Notes under the pieces: model-generated
Seen by the model: only the letters and a program-made list of their open reading frames with translations
Database searches by the model: none
Told to the model about the DNA's origin: nothing
Shown here: positions 12,738 to 24,870 of the stretch, piece after piece
Layout: each line of letters starts with the position of its first letter
How positions within the stretch are numbered: the first letter of the stretch is position 1
NCBI RefSeq assembly: GCF_001194135.2
Contig: NC_068985.1
Coordinates: 106,473,516 to 106,537,515, forward strand
Length of the DNA: 64,000 nucleotides
Reading direction: 5' to 3'
Source: Octopus bimaculoides
Taxonomy: Eukaryota
Program-made: the position numbers and the translations under genes

Positions 12738-12965
12738 TTCCTTATTGCCCACAAGGGGCTAAACATAGAGGGGACAAACAAGGACAGACAAAGGGATTAA
12801 GTTGATTACATTGACCCCAGTGCGTAACTGGTACTTAATTTATCAACCCCGAAAAGATGAAAGGCAAAGTCAACCTCGGCGGAATTTGAACTCAGAACGT
12901 AACGGCAGACGAAATACCGCTAAGCATTTCGCCCGGCAGGGTAACGTTTCTTTCAGCTTGCCGTC
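12738..12965 (-). mobile_element. SINE family B, near full length
   Basis: Minus strand has the B-box GAGTTCAAATTCC, the central domain TTTCATCTTTTCGGGGTTGATAAATTAAGTACCAGTT and the 3' end GTTTAGCCCCTTGTGGGCAATAAGGAAATAAG. Confidence 0.8.
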
Positions 12966-13445
12966 TTTTACTCCTTGTCGATGACATGTACTGGCAATCA
13001 CATTCTTAGACGAAATTTATTGTCTCTGATATAGGAAACAGGGAATAATGCATTCACTAATACTGTGAATAGCTGCTGGACTGCATGAAAATCAGGTGTA
13101 TGTAATTGTAGAAATATTAGATTAAAATAACCCTCTATATATCATACTTAATGCATATGGACCATTGACAGGCAAGATACTCTGGTTTTCATCTGAAATA
13201 CAATATCTTTTAGACATGCTGTGTTAAAAAACACAATATATGTATACATCAGAGAGAGACAAAAAATTGTTTTAGCAACAAGAAAGAACACCAAATGCAT
13301 TTCACCATGCTTAGGCCTTGAAAGTCAATTATAAATAAAATGGTGCACATTTAAGGAAAGCTTCTTTTATAAGCTTACTATTGCTTGCTGCTTGGTGATT
13401 TTATGTGATCAACAATACTAAAAATGGGAAAATCTTGCCAAGAAT

Positions 13446-13680
13446 TTAAACCTTTTGATGCCGACCTGCCTGAAACCACTTCTGATCCTATGTTACAAGC
13501 TTTTTGTTATGAAGTGACCTGAATTAATATCTTCCATCAAAATTTCATGTTAATATATGTTCCAGACATCAGATTAATAATGTCAAGATTATTTTACTAA
13601 ATTCTTCATTATTTGAAAAATTCTTTAAAGCAAAAACAGTGGATCTCAACAGAAATATGGTAACAAAAATGTTAGATAAG
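13446..13680. mobile_element. piggyBac-like MITE (second family), degenerate
   Basis: Similar sequences at 20010-20160 and 61615-61840. Ends resemble AACCTTTTG...GGTAACAAAA. Confidence 0.45.
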
Positions 13681-14559
13681 TTCTCTCATTAGGAGAATTT
13701 TTAATTTAGCTGTTGAAACATATATTCTTTGCAGTCTTTGATAATTTTTTCAAGAAATAACAGGTGCTTAGTGTCAAAATGCTCAAAACTAGCTTCTTAT
13801 ACAATGAACTTTACCACCCTTATCAATAGCACTATATTGTACCAATTTTGAAAACTTCAGGTGTTCCTTTTTTGGTGATAATTCAATTTTTCTTAATAGC
13901 TGTTGATGCTATTATGATTGAGTTTGGAAAAATAAGAATACAAGAACTGAAAGTAACAAAAACTAAAATCATGTATTTGTCATATTGTACTAGCCTGCAT
14001 TAACATCCAATAAGTTGCTAGTTTGTTAATTTGTAAGTAACTTTTAATTTATAGTTTGTAACAAAGTACTGTGTCATTAGATATCACTGAAAAATTTAGG
14101 GGAACTAATATAATTAACTTTTAAAATTACCTAAACATTTAATGAGCTTTTCAAAGTTTATTTTGTGTCCCTTAAAAAACAACAGTATCATTGCTGACAT
14201 CCATGTCATAAGTTTGTCATCACATCCATAAAATATAATGCAACAACCATATTCTGACTACTCAATCCTTTTGCTAGAAACTTACCTGAGACTCTCCTTA
14301 GTCTTATGATATGAATTTCCTGTTTAAAGTAGGTCAGAATTGATTTTTTTTAAACATGTTCTCCTGTACATTCACTTTCTTTCAAGTTTTTACTTTGTTT
14401 TTTATTTAAAACAAAATACTTGTTGAAACCGGTATGATATGTTGATAGATTTGTAAAAGGAATTTTAAAAGCTAAAAGTTGTTTTAAAACTTTACTGCAT
14501 TTTTCAACCCACAAACCAATCCCACCCCACCATCATCACAAAGTCCAATTCTTATAGTG

Positions 14560-14990
14560 TGGTGGCGGCTGGTGTGCTCAATGTCACTGGGAACCATCAC
14601 AGCAAAGTACAAGCTCCTCATTGAACTTCCCATGCTGGACAGACCAAAGGATAGAGGCTAGGCTAATACAGATTGCCTCTTCCTTGAGGTAAAAAATGGG
14701 TTTGTACAGGGCCAATATCTCTAACTAGAAAAAGCAAAGTTACAGGAGCATTAAAAACAATTCAAAACCAACTAGGGCTGAGAGTGGAAAGCATTCCCAC
14801 AGGGAAATGCACATATCAGGACCTAACCTGGAACCCACAAGAGAATTGAAGAGAAGACGCCCTAAATATAACTGGAGGTGAGATAATGAGACAGAACTGG
14901 AAAGGCAGGGATCCAGCCAGAAAGGAGCAGAAAAAACAGTCAGGGACAAGGACGGGAGTAAAGTTGTTGATAGGGAGGGAAGCACTTAAG
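14560..14990 (+). mobile_element. Old RTE LINE remnant
   Basis: 14820-14890 translates as DLTWNPQ..LKRRRPKYNWR, resembling the RTE C-terminal motif ALTWNPQGKRKRGRPKNTWRR. Confidence 0.55.
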
Positions 14991-15840
14991 TACACACCCA
15001 TGTTATTTCTGAATGATTAGTTAATGACTCTTTTCAGAGTCTTCATGATTGCTGAGAGGAAGTGCAGAAATTTTTCATAGACTGGGAACCTGGTCTGGAT
15101 AATGCTTGCATAAAAAGATATGTCAGTAGGAAATAAGTCACAGCAAACAGTCTTCTCTTTCCCTAGTTTTTCCTTTTATGCTTTATATTTTAACAATTAA
15201 ATTGCTGTATTAATTAAATACAGAAAAGTGAATTATTTAATTTGATCAGTAAATAGTTAATTAGTAGATTTAGATTTAATAAGTTAAGGGTAATATGATG
15301 GTATACAAGACCAATCCTTTGAAGTTTATTTTAGAGTATAATGAGAAATTGCAGCACAGGATGTACCCAGAATCCAGCAAAACAGTTGCTGTTGTTTAGC
15401 CCCAGGTCAGTCTCGGTTGTGATCATTTCATCTTACTTTCCTATATGACATATGTAGGCCAAAATTGTAGAATAGATGACGAAAGATACACATCATGATG
15501 TGCATGCATGCGTGCATGCATGTGTGCATGATCAAAGTTGTTTACTCCAGCTTTTTTGTATTAAGTAAATAAAGATTTTTCCCTGTCACGTAAACCATAG
15601 AGTGGGAGAAAAGATTTATATCAGCAGCAACATTAAAATAATATACAGATGTATGTAAATACAACGTTGGTCTATAAATAGTCTCTTTTACTTGTTGCAA
15701 TCATTTTGACTGCGGCCATGCTGAAGCACCACCTTTATAGTCGAGCAAATTGACCCTAGAGCTTATTCTTTGTAAGCCTAGTACTTATTCTATCGGTCTC
15801 TTTCGCCAAACCGCTAAGTTACGGAGACGTAAACACACGA

Positions 15841-15967
15841 GTTCTTGTGCAGCAAGATAATGCAAGACCTCATATGGCTCAAAATACTCAGAATAAACTC
15901 CAGGAATTTGAGGGAAACAAACTGATGTTCCATCCAGCATATAGTCTGGACTTAACTCCCTCAGATT

Positions 15968-15975
<8 letters not shown>
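15841..15975 (+). mobile_element. Mariner transposase catalytic fragment
   Basis: VLVQQDNARPH...HPAYSLDLTPSDYY contains the second and third acidic residues of the mariner D,D34D triad (DNARPH / YSPDLAPSD). Confidence 0.85.
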
Positions 15976-16044
<69 letters not shown>

Positions 16045-16093
16045 ATGCTTGTGTGTCTGTCTGTCCCTCCAGCATCATTTCACTCAATATAAT

Positions 16094-16490
16094 GGCGCAG
16101 GAGTGGCTGTGTGGTAAGTTGCTTGCTTACCAACCACATTGTTCCGGGTTCAATCCCACTGCATGGCACCTTGGTCAAGTGTCTTCTACTATAGCCTCGG
16201 GCCGGCCAAAGCTTTGTGAGTGGATTTGGTAGACAGAAACTAAAAGAAGCCTGTCGTATATATGTATGTGTATGTATATGTTTGTGTGCCTGTGTTTGTC
16301 CGCCCAACATCGCTTGACAACCGGTGCTGGTGTGTTTACGTCCCCGTAACTTAGCAGTTCGGCGAAAGAGACCGATAGAATAAGTACTAGGCTTACAAAG
16401 AATAAGTCTTGGGGTCGATTTGCTCGACTAAAGGTGCTGCTCCAGCATGGCCGCAGTCAAATGACTGAAACAAGTAAAAGAGTAATGAGT
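16094..16490 (+). mobile_element. Family-A CORE-type SINE, full length
   Basis: GGCGCAGGAGTGGCTGTGTGGTAAG...GGGTTCAATCCC...CACCTTGGTCAAGTGTCTTCTACTATAGCCTCGGG...ATGACTGAAACAAGTAAAAGAG. Further copies or parts at ~10330, 11270, 12350(-), 15690(-), 17065, 20162, 28415, 30645, 32324, 39880, 40525, 41045, 41575(-), 45895(-), 52640. Confidence 0.9.
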
Positions 16491-16561
16491 ATGTCAAAAT
16501 ACACACACATGCATACATATCTGTACTTGTGTGTGTGTGCAGGCACATATACGGACACTAG

Positions 16562-16593
<32 letters not shown>

Positions 16594-17299
16594 CACATGC
16601 AATAAGAAAAACTCAAATAGCCTCCTCACTAATCAGATCTTTGACGATTTGAGAAATCCTGGCTTATCTGTAAACCTGCAGTGATGTGTCCTTAAAACAG
16701 CTCCAGTAGATAAAGCAGTTGGTTTGCGCTAAAATAGAGATGTTTTAATTCCAACGTGTATTTTGAGGAATAGTTTGTTGCTAGGAAACCACAGCTAAAT
16801 GTATCTTTGTTTAAAATTTGCGTTTATATGTGATGCAGTGTTTTGTAGGCGTGAGGCAGGGCACTTATATGGGACATTGCCCCGTGTGTGTATGTGTAAG
16901 AACAACTGAAAATTTCTGTGTATGTACGTGTATGTTTGCACATGTGTATGCATTCATGTGTGTCCATCTATCAATCTATCTAACTATATACATGCACACA
17001 CACACAAAACATATAAATATATATATAAATATTATACACACACACTCATAAGTATGTATCGAAGACTCTGGCATGGCTGTATGGTCTAAGAAGTTGTGTT
17101 CTTAACCATGTGGTTTCGAGTTCAGTCCTATTGTTTGGCACCAGGGTATGTGTCTACTGTAGCCTTGGCACAATCAAAGATTTTTGAGTAGATTTGGCAG
17201 AATGAAACGTACATACATGCATGCAGGCAGGCATACATGCATGTATGTACACACACATGCATCTTCTCTTGGTATTGCAAACACCTTCCTCATGTGTCA

Positions 17300-17640
17300 A
17301 CCACTGTCAGTGAGATGATGTACATGCAGCACTATATTGGGGTAACACAGGGTTCTTTTAAGATTAGATTGAATAACCACAGATCCTCTTTCAGGACTCA
17401 GGAAAACATAATGTCATGACTTGAGCTCGTTTTACACACTTTTTAAAAAGAGAACACAATGACACATAACATTATTTAAAGATTACTAGAAAGATCTAGG
17501 TTGTATGTCAATAGCAATAGGAGATGCAGGCTATTTGGTGGGGAAGAAGATCACTTATCATTCTAAAAATCTCACATGATTTTTTGAACTCAAAAGGCAA
17601 AATTTTGGGTGTGTACTTGCATCCTCTAAAATTTTGGCGG
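17300..17640 (+). mobile_element. Penelope-like element GIY-YIG endonuclease C-terminal fragment
   Basis: HYIGVTQGSFKIRLNNHRSSFR (YIG plus the FKxRxNNHxSSFR helix), followed by degenerate YVNSNRRCRL..EE and LNSK..I motifs. Confidence 0.75.
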
Positions 17641-17908
17641 GTGCAAAATCAAAATTTGCATCCCACCAACTTATTTTCCTCAGGTTTAGAAAATGCTGTT
17701 TAAAAATTGTTCAGTAAAAGTTACCTGAAGTTAGTTAAACAAGAACAAAGAACAAAAATAAATAAAAACAGCTAAAAGTTTATTGATGAAGCTGGTCATG
17801 AAATTCTGAAGGGAATTCCCCAGAAAGATATATTATTGAACAGAAGCAGTGTCAACAACAAAATTAAAAGAATACATGCATATATACAATTATGATAACA
17901 ACAACAAC

Positions 17909-17941
<33 letters not shown>

Positions 17942-17962
17942 TGTTATTATTATTATTATTAT

Positions 17963-18403
17963 TCAGTAGTTTTATTTTTATAACGTGCTTTCACTTCACT
18001 ACCGAGCGCAGCTCTGTGCGCCTTGGGTATGTGCTGTGGTTTGCTGTGGTGCTCTTATGTTTACTGTATTGAAAGTGTTTTGCGTAGGATGTGTGCAGTA
18101 CCCAGTAGTGCAATTTTCTGTATGTTATATATATTTGTAAGTCCTGCTATTTTTGTTATGTATTTGTCTGAATATTTTTTTATTATACCTAAGGCACCTA
18201 CTATGATAGGAATTGTTTCTGTTTTTAGATTCCACATTCGAGTTATCTCTATTTCCAGGTCTTTGTATTTTGAAAGTTTTTCCATTTCTTTTAGAGAAAC
18301 GTTGTCATCTGCTGGTATTGATACATCAATTAGAAAGCATTTTTTTTCTTCATGATCTTTGACAACTATATCTGGTCTATTTGCCTTAATTTCTCTATCT
18401 GTG

Positions 18404-18406
<3 letters not shown>
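17963..18406 (-). mobile_element. 5'-truncated R4/Dong-type non-LTR retrotransposon (RLE domain plus 3' UTR) embedded in (TAA)n
   Basis: Minus frame is open: LTDREIKANRPDIVVKDHEEKKCFLIDVSIPADDNVSLKEMEKLSKYKDLEIEITRMWNLKTETIPIIVGALG...LLGTAHILRKTLSIQ*, a PD-(D/E)xK restriction-like endonuclease. (TAA)n lies on both sides. Confidence 0.9.
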
Positions 18407-18456
<50 letters not shown>

Positions 18457-19117
18457 GATGATGATGATGATGATGCCTGTGTTTGTTTTGATATTAAGAT
18501 TGAAAAAATCATCTTTGTAAAAAATTTCAGAGCTGGGTTTCAGGGCTGTGCCCTAAGCACATTTTGTTACCAGGCTATTGCTCATGAATGTAATTTTGTT
18601 CAGAAGATATGGTTGAGTCCCCTCTTTGCTCTTGGGGATGATACACATACAAACTACACACTTCATTCATGGCTATCTCCATATTCTGTACCACCTCTGG
18701 TCTTAACACTTTATATTGTTTCCACATCTCCAGCCTTTTGCCTTCTACACTCTCCTTCTTCCCAACTTGATTTAACCAGAAAATAAAGATATATGACTGA
18801 AACAATCAAGATCTAAGACAGAAATAATTAGCAGCTTTTATGTGTGTGTGTGCGTGTGTATGTGTCTGTGTACATGTATATCTCTATACATGTGTGAACA
18901 GGTGTGTGAACATGTATATCTCTATACATGTGTGAATGCTTACGTTTTGCATCTTTATATTTGAACATTTGAAGACACAAGGAATAAAAGATTCCTAACT
19001 TGAAAAATAGATAAGAGTTAGTGACAGGAAGGGCATTCAGCAGTAAATTTATGCTTCAGTAATAAATATTCATCAAACTTGTAGCAGCATAAGAAACAGG
19101 ACAAAAACTGAAAGAAT

Positions 19118-19194
<77 letters not shown>

Positions 19195-19199
<5 letters not shown>

Positions 19200-19390
19200 G
19201 AGTAAGCACATAAATGTGCAACAAGGTGAAAGAAAAGAGTACTCAAATACCAGAGGTAGAGTAATATGCTTTATTTAAAAGCAGCAGAAATATAACCAAA
19301 AAACTATTACTCAGAGTTTCATGTTCCCGGGAATGTGAAACTCCGAGTAACAGTTTTTTGGTTATATTTCTGCTGCTTTTAAATAAAGTA
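19195..19390. mobile_element. Probable PLE pLTR ending in a 120-bp fold-back palindrome
   Basis: Arms 19269-19328 and 19329-19388 are reverse complements with 4 mismatches and no loop, flanked by (TA)n. Inverted pLTR junctions are typical of PLEs (family assignment inferred). Confidence 0.55.
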
Positions 19391-20161
19391 TATATATATA
19401 TATATATACATACACACACATACACACACAGAGATAGATGTATACATTAATTCATATATACATTAATGCATGCATCATACATAAATTAACACATGCATGG
19501 ATACATGCATATGTATATGCATGCATATATTTATGCTTATATATATGTATACATCCATATATGCATATATACATACATGCATGCATACAAGAATAAGTAA
19601 AAAAAATGTAGAGAAATGGGTGGTAGTGGTTTGATGGTTAGGTCTGGGTAAGGAATGTCAGACAGTCGTCAATTTAGGACTGCAACCTAGATTTTAGTTT
19701 GCGATTCTGTTGCATACTCATACCACCACCATCATCTTCATCACCACCACCACCACCACCACCACCACCACCACTACAATACCCATTACCGCTATACCCA
19801 CTATCATTATGCTGACTACCATCAGTTGCATCAATAAAAAAGCATCCAAATGGTCATTTGAGGTGCTAGATATAGTAACCAAATCTCCCTCAAATCACAA
19901 CTTATCATCTTAAACATAAAAAGGACACATTGGTTAACATGCTTCAGGATACACTATGCTAACAAGATTAAAACTAGATATTCAATCAGTAACAACTTAG
20001 GATTAATTATTTTGATACTAACCCACCTGAAGCCACTCCTGGTTCCAGAATGCATCTACTTTTAAAGTAATCTAAATAAAAACCTTCCACCAAAATTCCA
20101 CATTAATTTATGTTCCAAACATCAGCTTCATAATTTTACAAAATTCTTCTTTATTTTCAGC

Positions 20162-20325
20162 ATAGGCGTGGCAGTGTGGTAAGAAGGTTGCTTCCTAACC
20201 ACATGGTTCTGGGTTCAGTCTAACTACATGGCACCTTGGGCAAGTGTATTCTACTATATCCTTGGGCTGACCAAAGCCTTGTGAGTAGATTTGGTAGACA
20301 GAGACTGAAAGAAGCCCGTCGAATA

Positions 20326-20398
<73 letters not shown>

Positions 20399-20645
20399 AT
20401 ATATATATTTATGTGAGTGTGTCTTTGTGTCTGTGTTTGTTTCCCCACTATCATTTGACAACTGATGTTGGTGTATTTACATCCCCCGTAACTTAATGGT
20501 TTGGCAAAAAAGACCGATAGAATAAGCACTAGGCTTACAAAGAATAAATCCCGGGGTTGATTTCTTCAACTATAAAACCCTTTAAGACGGTACTCCAGCA
20601 TGGCCACAGTCAAATGACTGAAACAAGTAAAAGAATAAAAAGAAT
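20162..20645 (+). mobile_element. Family-A CORE-type SINE, full length with expanded central (TA)n
   Basis: Same head, CORE and tail as 16094-16490. Confidence 0.9.
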
Positions 20646-20884
20646 AAAACAAGGGTAGCATATTTCAAGACAAATGTGCTAACACTAGGATTAAACAAAC
20701 ATAGCAACATGCCTAATATCACAAATCCCCCCCACCTCAAATCACCTCCATCACCACTAATATAAACAGCCACCAACACTATTACCAACATTGTCACTTG
20801 CATCATTACTACTTACACCATGACCACTTCCAACAAATATCCATTGTCACTACATGCTAAGTGAAAATTGGCCACTAATTGTGT

Positions 20885-21295
20885 TGTTGGCACTCCATCG
20901 CTTACGACGTCGAGGGTTCCAGTTGATCCGATCAACGGAACAGACTGCTCGTGAAATTAACGTGCAAGTGGCTGAGCACTCCACAGACACGTGTAACCAT
21001 AACGTAGTTCTTGGGGATATTCAGCATGACTGAATATATACCATCATATTTAGCGTGACACAGTGTGACAAGGCTGGCTCTTTTGAATTACAGGCACAAC
21101 AGAAACAGGAAGAAAGAGTGAGAGAAAGTTGTGCTGAAAGAGTACAGTAGGGTTCGCCACCATCCCCTGCCTGAGCCTCGTGGAGCTTTAGGTGTTTTCG
21201 CTCAATAAACACTCACAACACTCGGTCTGGGAATCGAAACTGCGATCCTATGACCGCAAGTCCGCTGCCCTAACCACTGGGCCACAGCGCCTCTA
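20885..21295 (-). mobile_element. SINE family C, full length
   Basis: tRNA-like head at 21295-21225 (minus), near-identical to 4478-4602; its tail resembles 1800-2000. Confidence 0.8.
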
Positions 21296-21619
21296 CGGCC
21301 AATAACTGACACAGATAGTAATTGAAAAGTCACAGATATCAAATTTTTATTCAATCTACCAGCTAAATGTGTATCAATAACTTTTCAGTCACTATTTAAC
21401 TATATCAGTAAGTGACTGATTTTCATGAAGTATGCAATGCCAAGAGATATTTGCTACTGATGAAGCTCAAAGAAGCAGAAATATGTATTTAGCAATGCCT
21501 CTACAGCCTGCTGACACATACACACACACACACACATACATGCATGCATAGATACATACATATAATGGCACCAAATAAGATCAAAATCAAAAGCAAATCA
21601 AGATCGAAATCAAAATGGA

Positions 21620-21915
21620 AATTGTAGTTGTGGCCGATGCCAGTGCCACCTGACTGGCACCTGTGCTGGTGGAATGTAGTAAGCACCATTCAAGTGTGGG
21701 TTGATGCCAGTGCCGCCTGATTGGCTTCCCATGCTGGGGGCATGTAAAAAGAACCCACTACACTCTCAGAGTGGTTGGCATTTGGAAGGGCATCCAGCTG
21801 TAGAAACCTTGCCAGATCAGATTGGAGCCTGGCACAGCCTAATGGCTTGCCAGTCCCTAGTCAAAACATCCAACCCATGCCAGCATGGGGAACGGATGTT
21901 AAACGATGATGAGGA
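21620..21915 (+). mobile_element. RTE LINE 3' UTR fragment
   Basis: Repeated GCCAGTGCC..TGACTGGC modules, then GGAAGGGCATCCAGCTGTAGAAAC...GGATGTTAAACGATGATG. Confidence 0.75.
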
Positions 21916-21924
21916 TAATGACAT

Positions 21925-22191
21925 ATATCTACATAAACACAATCTTTTACATATCCCCACAAGAAAAAAATCACACATGGTGATGTCTGGGGATCTCGTA
22001 GGCCAAGTACAAAGAGTGTCTGGGAGGAATTCTCTTATTGTATTGATGTTGCCCATGCTGCAGGTGGTGGCCACAATGAACACTTGTAAGACAGGAAATA
22101 AAAGTTGATTGTGAGTAAATACTTGTGACTTAGCTTTTCCTTATTAAAATATTGTGTAATGAAATCAGATCATTCTTTTTGAATAACCCTG
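21925..22191 (-). mobile_element. Internally deleted Tc1/mariner-superfamily transposon (TIR plus transposase fragment)
   Basis: Minus translation WPTRSPDITMCDFFLVG matches the WPPRSPDLTPCDFFLWG motif. Terminus TA-CAGGGTTATTCAAAAAGAATGATC at 22193-22168. Confidence 0.75.
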
Positions 22192-23344
22192 TATATATAT
22201 ATATATATATATATATAACAGGTATACCTCACCCTATGTCGTTAATTGGTTCCAGAAGACACGACTTGAGTTGAATTAACTTGTTTCTAGAATAGGCTAG
22301 GCTGAATTTACTAGCTTCTGGGCTAAACCATTAATAACCATTCTCAGTTCTGTATTTTATTTATGAATGCATTTTCAATAATACATGGTTAATAAAAACC
22401 TATTTTAAGCTTACAAACAAATAATTTTTCTTATTGATGATAGTGTTCTTCATCCCTGGGGCTTCGGATTTGACATGTCCTAAAATCTTGTTCTTATTAT
22501 GTACAGTTGCTCGACTCATCCCAAAAGATCATGCAATTGCTGCCACTTTTTCACATTTTTCATGGCATTTTATCATAGCCAGTTCATCTTCCAGCATTAT
22601 AGCATGACGCTTAGCACTTTCACTATGAATTTTCTGACGTACGTACGTACATACGCACATATGTATGTATGTATGTATGTATGTATTAGGACAGTGCACA
22701 GCACATAATAAAGTACAACATAAGCCTTTAATTGTAGACTTACTCAATCAGGGCTAAAAAATAACAACAACAGCGACCCCTGTATTTGGTCACAATAACT
22801 TACTAGAAATAACTGACAAAATCACCTCATGTCACACCCTACGAACTCATATAGAACAAGAGACATTATATTCTGAAGTCCTTAAATAGACAGGACGATA
22901 TGGTTGGATTGCTTTAGATCAGATGTGTGCTCAGTCATGCTTGTCTTGGGATTAAACAAGAACAACTACTAACAGACACTGCCACCATGATTTAATGAAG
23001 GGTAAACTTATTAGAAATAGCAGCTAAATCATAGCCAACAGTCTTAGGAAAAAGATACATCAGATGACACAGTACTCAATAAACTGTATCTGAAAGGAAA
23101 AAAAGTAAAAACATTGGATGGTCACGGCTGGAATGTCTTTTTGACTATAGGTTCATTTGATCAAAGATGACCTAGGGCTAAACAATACCACCCACATCAA
23201 CATCACCCTCTCCAGTGTGTATAACAACACTAATAGCAAGTTAGCTATATTATGACAACAAGAGACATTTGACAGTAAAAATAAAAGAGAAAGAAGAAAG
23301 AAAAAGAGTGAGAGAGAGTTAGATAGATAGATACATAGACAGAC

Positions 23345-23422
<78 letters not shown>

Positions 23423-23452
23423 GATAGATAGATAGATGATAGATAGATAGAT

Positions 23453-23496
<44 letters not shown>

Positions 23497-23846
23497 CATA
23501 TATAGAAAGATAGATAGAGTGAGAAATAATGAGTGATAGAGAGAAAGAGTTGATAAAAATATCAGCAGTTGACAGAGGATATGATTCTCAAGACAATTCA
23601 GAATGTTTTTTAAATGTCAACACTGAAATGTTAATAAACTCAAGTGTCCTTCTGCAAATTGCACAGTGAGACCCCACCCACCCACAGATAGCCTAACCCT
23701 TCACAGACACCCTACTCTTCACAGAACATTTTTTTTTTTCCACCATCTCAGGTCATATCTCACACACCCTTTTAATTGCCTCCCTGTCTTGGCCTTCTCA
23801 GGAGGTGTTAAAAATATGTGGGAGAGGTTCACTGCAATATATATAT

Positions 23847-24167
23847 CCGTTGGATGTGTAATGTCAATGTGAATACCCGTCAGGGTGTAAGTATCTTGAG
23901 AGAAAAGCTGAACATTAGAAGCATCAGTTGTGGCGTGCAAGAGAGACGATTGCGCTGGTATGGACATGTGGTGAGAATGGAGGAGGATAGCTGCGTGAAA
24001 AAGTGCCACACCCTAACAGTTGAGGGAACCCGTGGAAGAGGTAGGCCCAGGAAGACCTGGGTTGAGGTGGTGAGGCAAGACCTTCGTACATTGGGCCTCA
24101 CCGAGGCGATGACTACGGACCGAGACCTTTGGAAATGGGCTGTGCGTGAGAAGACCCGGCAAGCCAA
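23847..24167 (+). mobile_element. RTE-clade LINE ORF C-terminus, 5'-truncated at a (TA)n run, running into a gap
   Basis: RWMCNV...LREKLNIRSISCGVQERRLRWYGHVVRMEEDSCVKKCHTLTVEGTRGRGRPRKTW...DRDLWK, the canonical RTE C-terminal motifs. Its 3' UTR resumes at 24592. Confidence 0.9.
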
Positions 24168-24591
24168 NNNNNNNNNNNNNNNNNNNNNNNNNNNNNNNNN
24201 NNNNNNNNNNNNNNNNNNNNNNNNNNNNNNNNNNNNNNNNNNNNNNNNNNNNNNNNNNNNNNNNNNNNNNNNNNNNNNNNNNNNNNNNNNNNNNNNNNNN
24301 NNNNNNNNNNNNNNNNNNNNNNNNNNNNNNNNNNNNNNNNNNNNNNNNNNNNNNNNNNNNNNNNNNNNNNNNNNNNNNNNNNNNNNNNNNNNNNNNNNNN
24401 NNNNNNNNNNNNNNNNNNNNNNNNNNNNNNNNNNNNNNNNNNNNNNNNNNNNNNNNNNNNNNNNNNNNNNNNNNNNNNNNNNNNNNNNNNNNNNNNNNNN
24501 NNNNNNNNNNNNNNNNNNNNNNNNNNNNNNNNNNNNNNNNNNNNNNNNNNNNNNNNNNNNNNNNNNNNNNNNNNNNNNNNNNNNNNNNNNN

Positions 24592-24870
24592 CCAGCTGTA
24601 GAAACTCTGCCAAATCAGACTGGAGCCTGGTGTTGCCATCCGGTTTCACCAGTCCTCAGTTGGACGATTTGACTGAGGACTGGTGAACCAGGTGGTTTAC
24701 ACCACGCTCCAATTTGATTTGGCAGAGTTTCTACAGCTGGATGCCCTTCCTAACACCAACCACTCCGAGAGTGTAGTGGGTGCTTTTACGTGCCACCGGC
24801 ACGAAGGCCAGTCAGAAGGTACTGGCAACAGCCACGCTCAAAATGGTGTATTTCACGTGCCACCTGCATG
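24592..24870. mobile_element. Two RTE 3' UTR copies joined tail-to-tail
   Basis: 24592-24660 is forward; 24661-24870 is the reverse complement of the same UTR. Confidence 0.8.
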
